Source: Candidatus Woesearchaeota archaeon | Lineage (GTDB): Archaea > Nanobdellota > Nanobdellia > Woesearchaeales > B72-G16 | DNA: 47,773 bases | NCBI GenBank assembly: GCA_003650545.1 | Contig: QMQO01000005.1 | Coordinates: 1-47,773 of the forward strand | Reading direction: 5' to 3' | Part shown: positions 47,601-47,773 of the stretch, in pieces | Layout of the letters: each line of letters starts with the position of its first letter | Position numbering within the stretch: position 1 is the first letter of the stretch | The notes under the pieces: generated by a model | The model's database searches: none | Told to the model about the DNA's origin: nothing | The model's input: only the letters and a program-made list of their open reading frames with translations | Made by a program: the position numbers and the translations under genes

Positions 47601-47773
47601 ACTAGGCAAGAAAGAGAAGAGGGCTTTCGAAAGACTTGAAAAACTGAAACCAAGAATCAGGAAAGAAAGTTTAGAAGAACTTGGTGAGAAAATTAAGAAC
47701 GACCTGAAACCAAAAGAAAAAAAAGTTTTCAAAAAATTAGAGGATCTAGGAAAATTCAGGAAAGCAAGAAAAA
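44653..47773 (+). CDS. Large type I membrane surface protein (Ig-like, ETDVDCGG Cys repeats, bacterial TSP3-like Ca-binding repeats, TM, Pro/Lys/Glu-rich tail); 3'-truncated and missing from the ORF track
   Basis: Frame +1 read by hand is open from ATG 44653 to the window end (>1040 codons). Contains ETGVDCGG, ETDIDCGE and ETDVDCGG; DSDGDGMNDGWE...DPDSDGLTNLEEFKLGTDPNNADSDGDG; TM at about 47020-47083. Exact start uncertain among several ATGs. Confidence 0.9.
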   Translation, partial: MSVRMSAKMKTNINMMPRAMRMFILLAVALCFTLCFTMLCFTVHAQDIPVFESNFSMPIIRLRYDEPISVLDFNLTDRSGGRVPAHIETLDNITLDIVLERPLHNSDYLLTVRAEDLLGNKGFVDIYKILISAEFLSIDLLYPRFGYAPRENITVKVRTNIDSRCAIGGADLPFEVLQQMSTPQGIIHQTATTVFEGSVKYIKCKDVEYGYLATKIVTFHIDDTPPRILDYGASPQVVQELTRAPPRGAAVDFYIETDDLAVCKFDALNNTFDSMALTGDDINGSYFMEEDETKEETYKHLHRYRLFLPSDKRSYSYSVVCRGLNGLDSDDVRLDFSVDISAELTANILSPSAFTGDPNITLYVVTSKRSECYFNEGAGYESLPTDDLYTHVVYLGEKEEGEHNVIVRCSSLTTNEIATVSHSYVVDLTPPELEEVVLSDVRNHSSTEKTYSKKFRIEFRPREADKASIAGYNFTIFDSSGRQVTGWIFTENDVISDTRRDGIKLNFTDGAGFRVRAQAIDKFSRYGEFKDSSTIVYEPRGVPEHCVNGVMDEDETGVDCGGVDCEACPEDITCHSDSDCESGYCDVSIGVCREASCTDNKKNGFETDIDCGEVCEHLLGEEGLCGLGLECENDYDCKSNLACADWICSLPTCSDNSSRSNASHSETDVDCGGTCVTLFGKKCEDGKGCDSDSDCASDFCKAGVCTAASLKDSDGDGMNDGWEDEHGLDRFNPDDARLDPDSDGLTNLEEFKLGTDPNNADSDGDGWKDGKEVEEGTSPVDPLEHPKSMLLTYIFLILGIMIVGGAIAFLIKMKPWAKKAPAAPRPVIPPIIAPPPKKPELTPEQRAAIERARLIEEKRRRVREEKRKKREAFLERFGPSREEARKKKIEELKKPLEERGGWMPLASLRERLKLRRVKKDKTFERLARLGKRPVKPVRPVKPVGLKPKPEKIKPEKVVKAKPSAKPEEVETKEIETVFEKLEKLGKKEKRAFERLEKLKPRIRKESLEELGEKIKNDLKPKEKKVFKKLEDLGKFRKARK

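Noticed and set aside
47028-47732. 234-aa minus-strand ORF and other ORFs at 46090-46982
   Set aside because: Shadows of the long plus-strand frame +1 ORF 44653->end, which has coherent domains.

Overview
AT-rich archaeal chromosome segment, most consistent with a DPANN (Woesearchaeales-like) genome. Support: a fused PriS-PriL primase, Hef, aRF1, aIF5A, an archaeal CCA-adding enzyme and TATA-type promoters. The first ~21.8 kb is mainly housekeeping: an rpl37ae-rpoP-pcc1-pfdB cluster, tRNA-Pro(TGG) with a 35-nt non-canonical T-loop (59/60) intron, aRF1 interrupted by a 145-aa mini-intein directly after the catalytic GGQ, aIF5A-rpl40e, a site-2 protease, TrmJ, Trm11, Hef, HtpX, primase, CCA and Rnp3. 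It also carries an orphan Pycsar-effector-like membrane gene and, at the very start, an IS200/IS605-like hairpin end. From ~21.9 kb to the end is an accessory region of Cys-rich exported or surface proteins up to 2095 aa, one with a class III pilin-type signal peptide. The last ORF (>1040 aa) runs off the window and is absent from the ORF track. Embedded in this region are an AbiEii/AbiEi pair and an LL-H-holin-like gene, bracketed by a 17-bp direct repeat. Degenerate short tandem duplications are frequent at gene boundaries and inside some proteins. All family calls come from motif recognition by eye; no database search was run.
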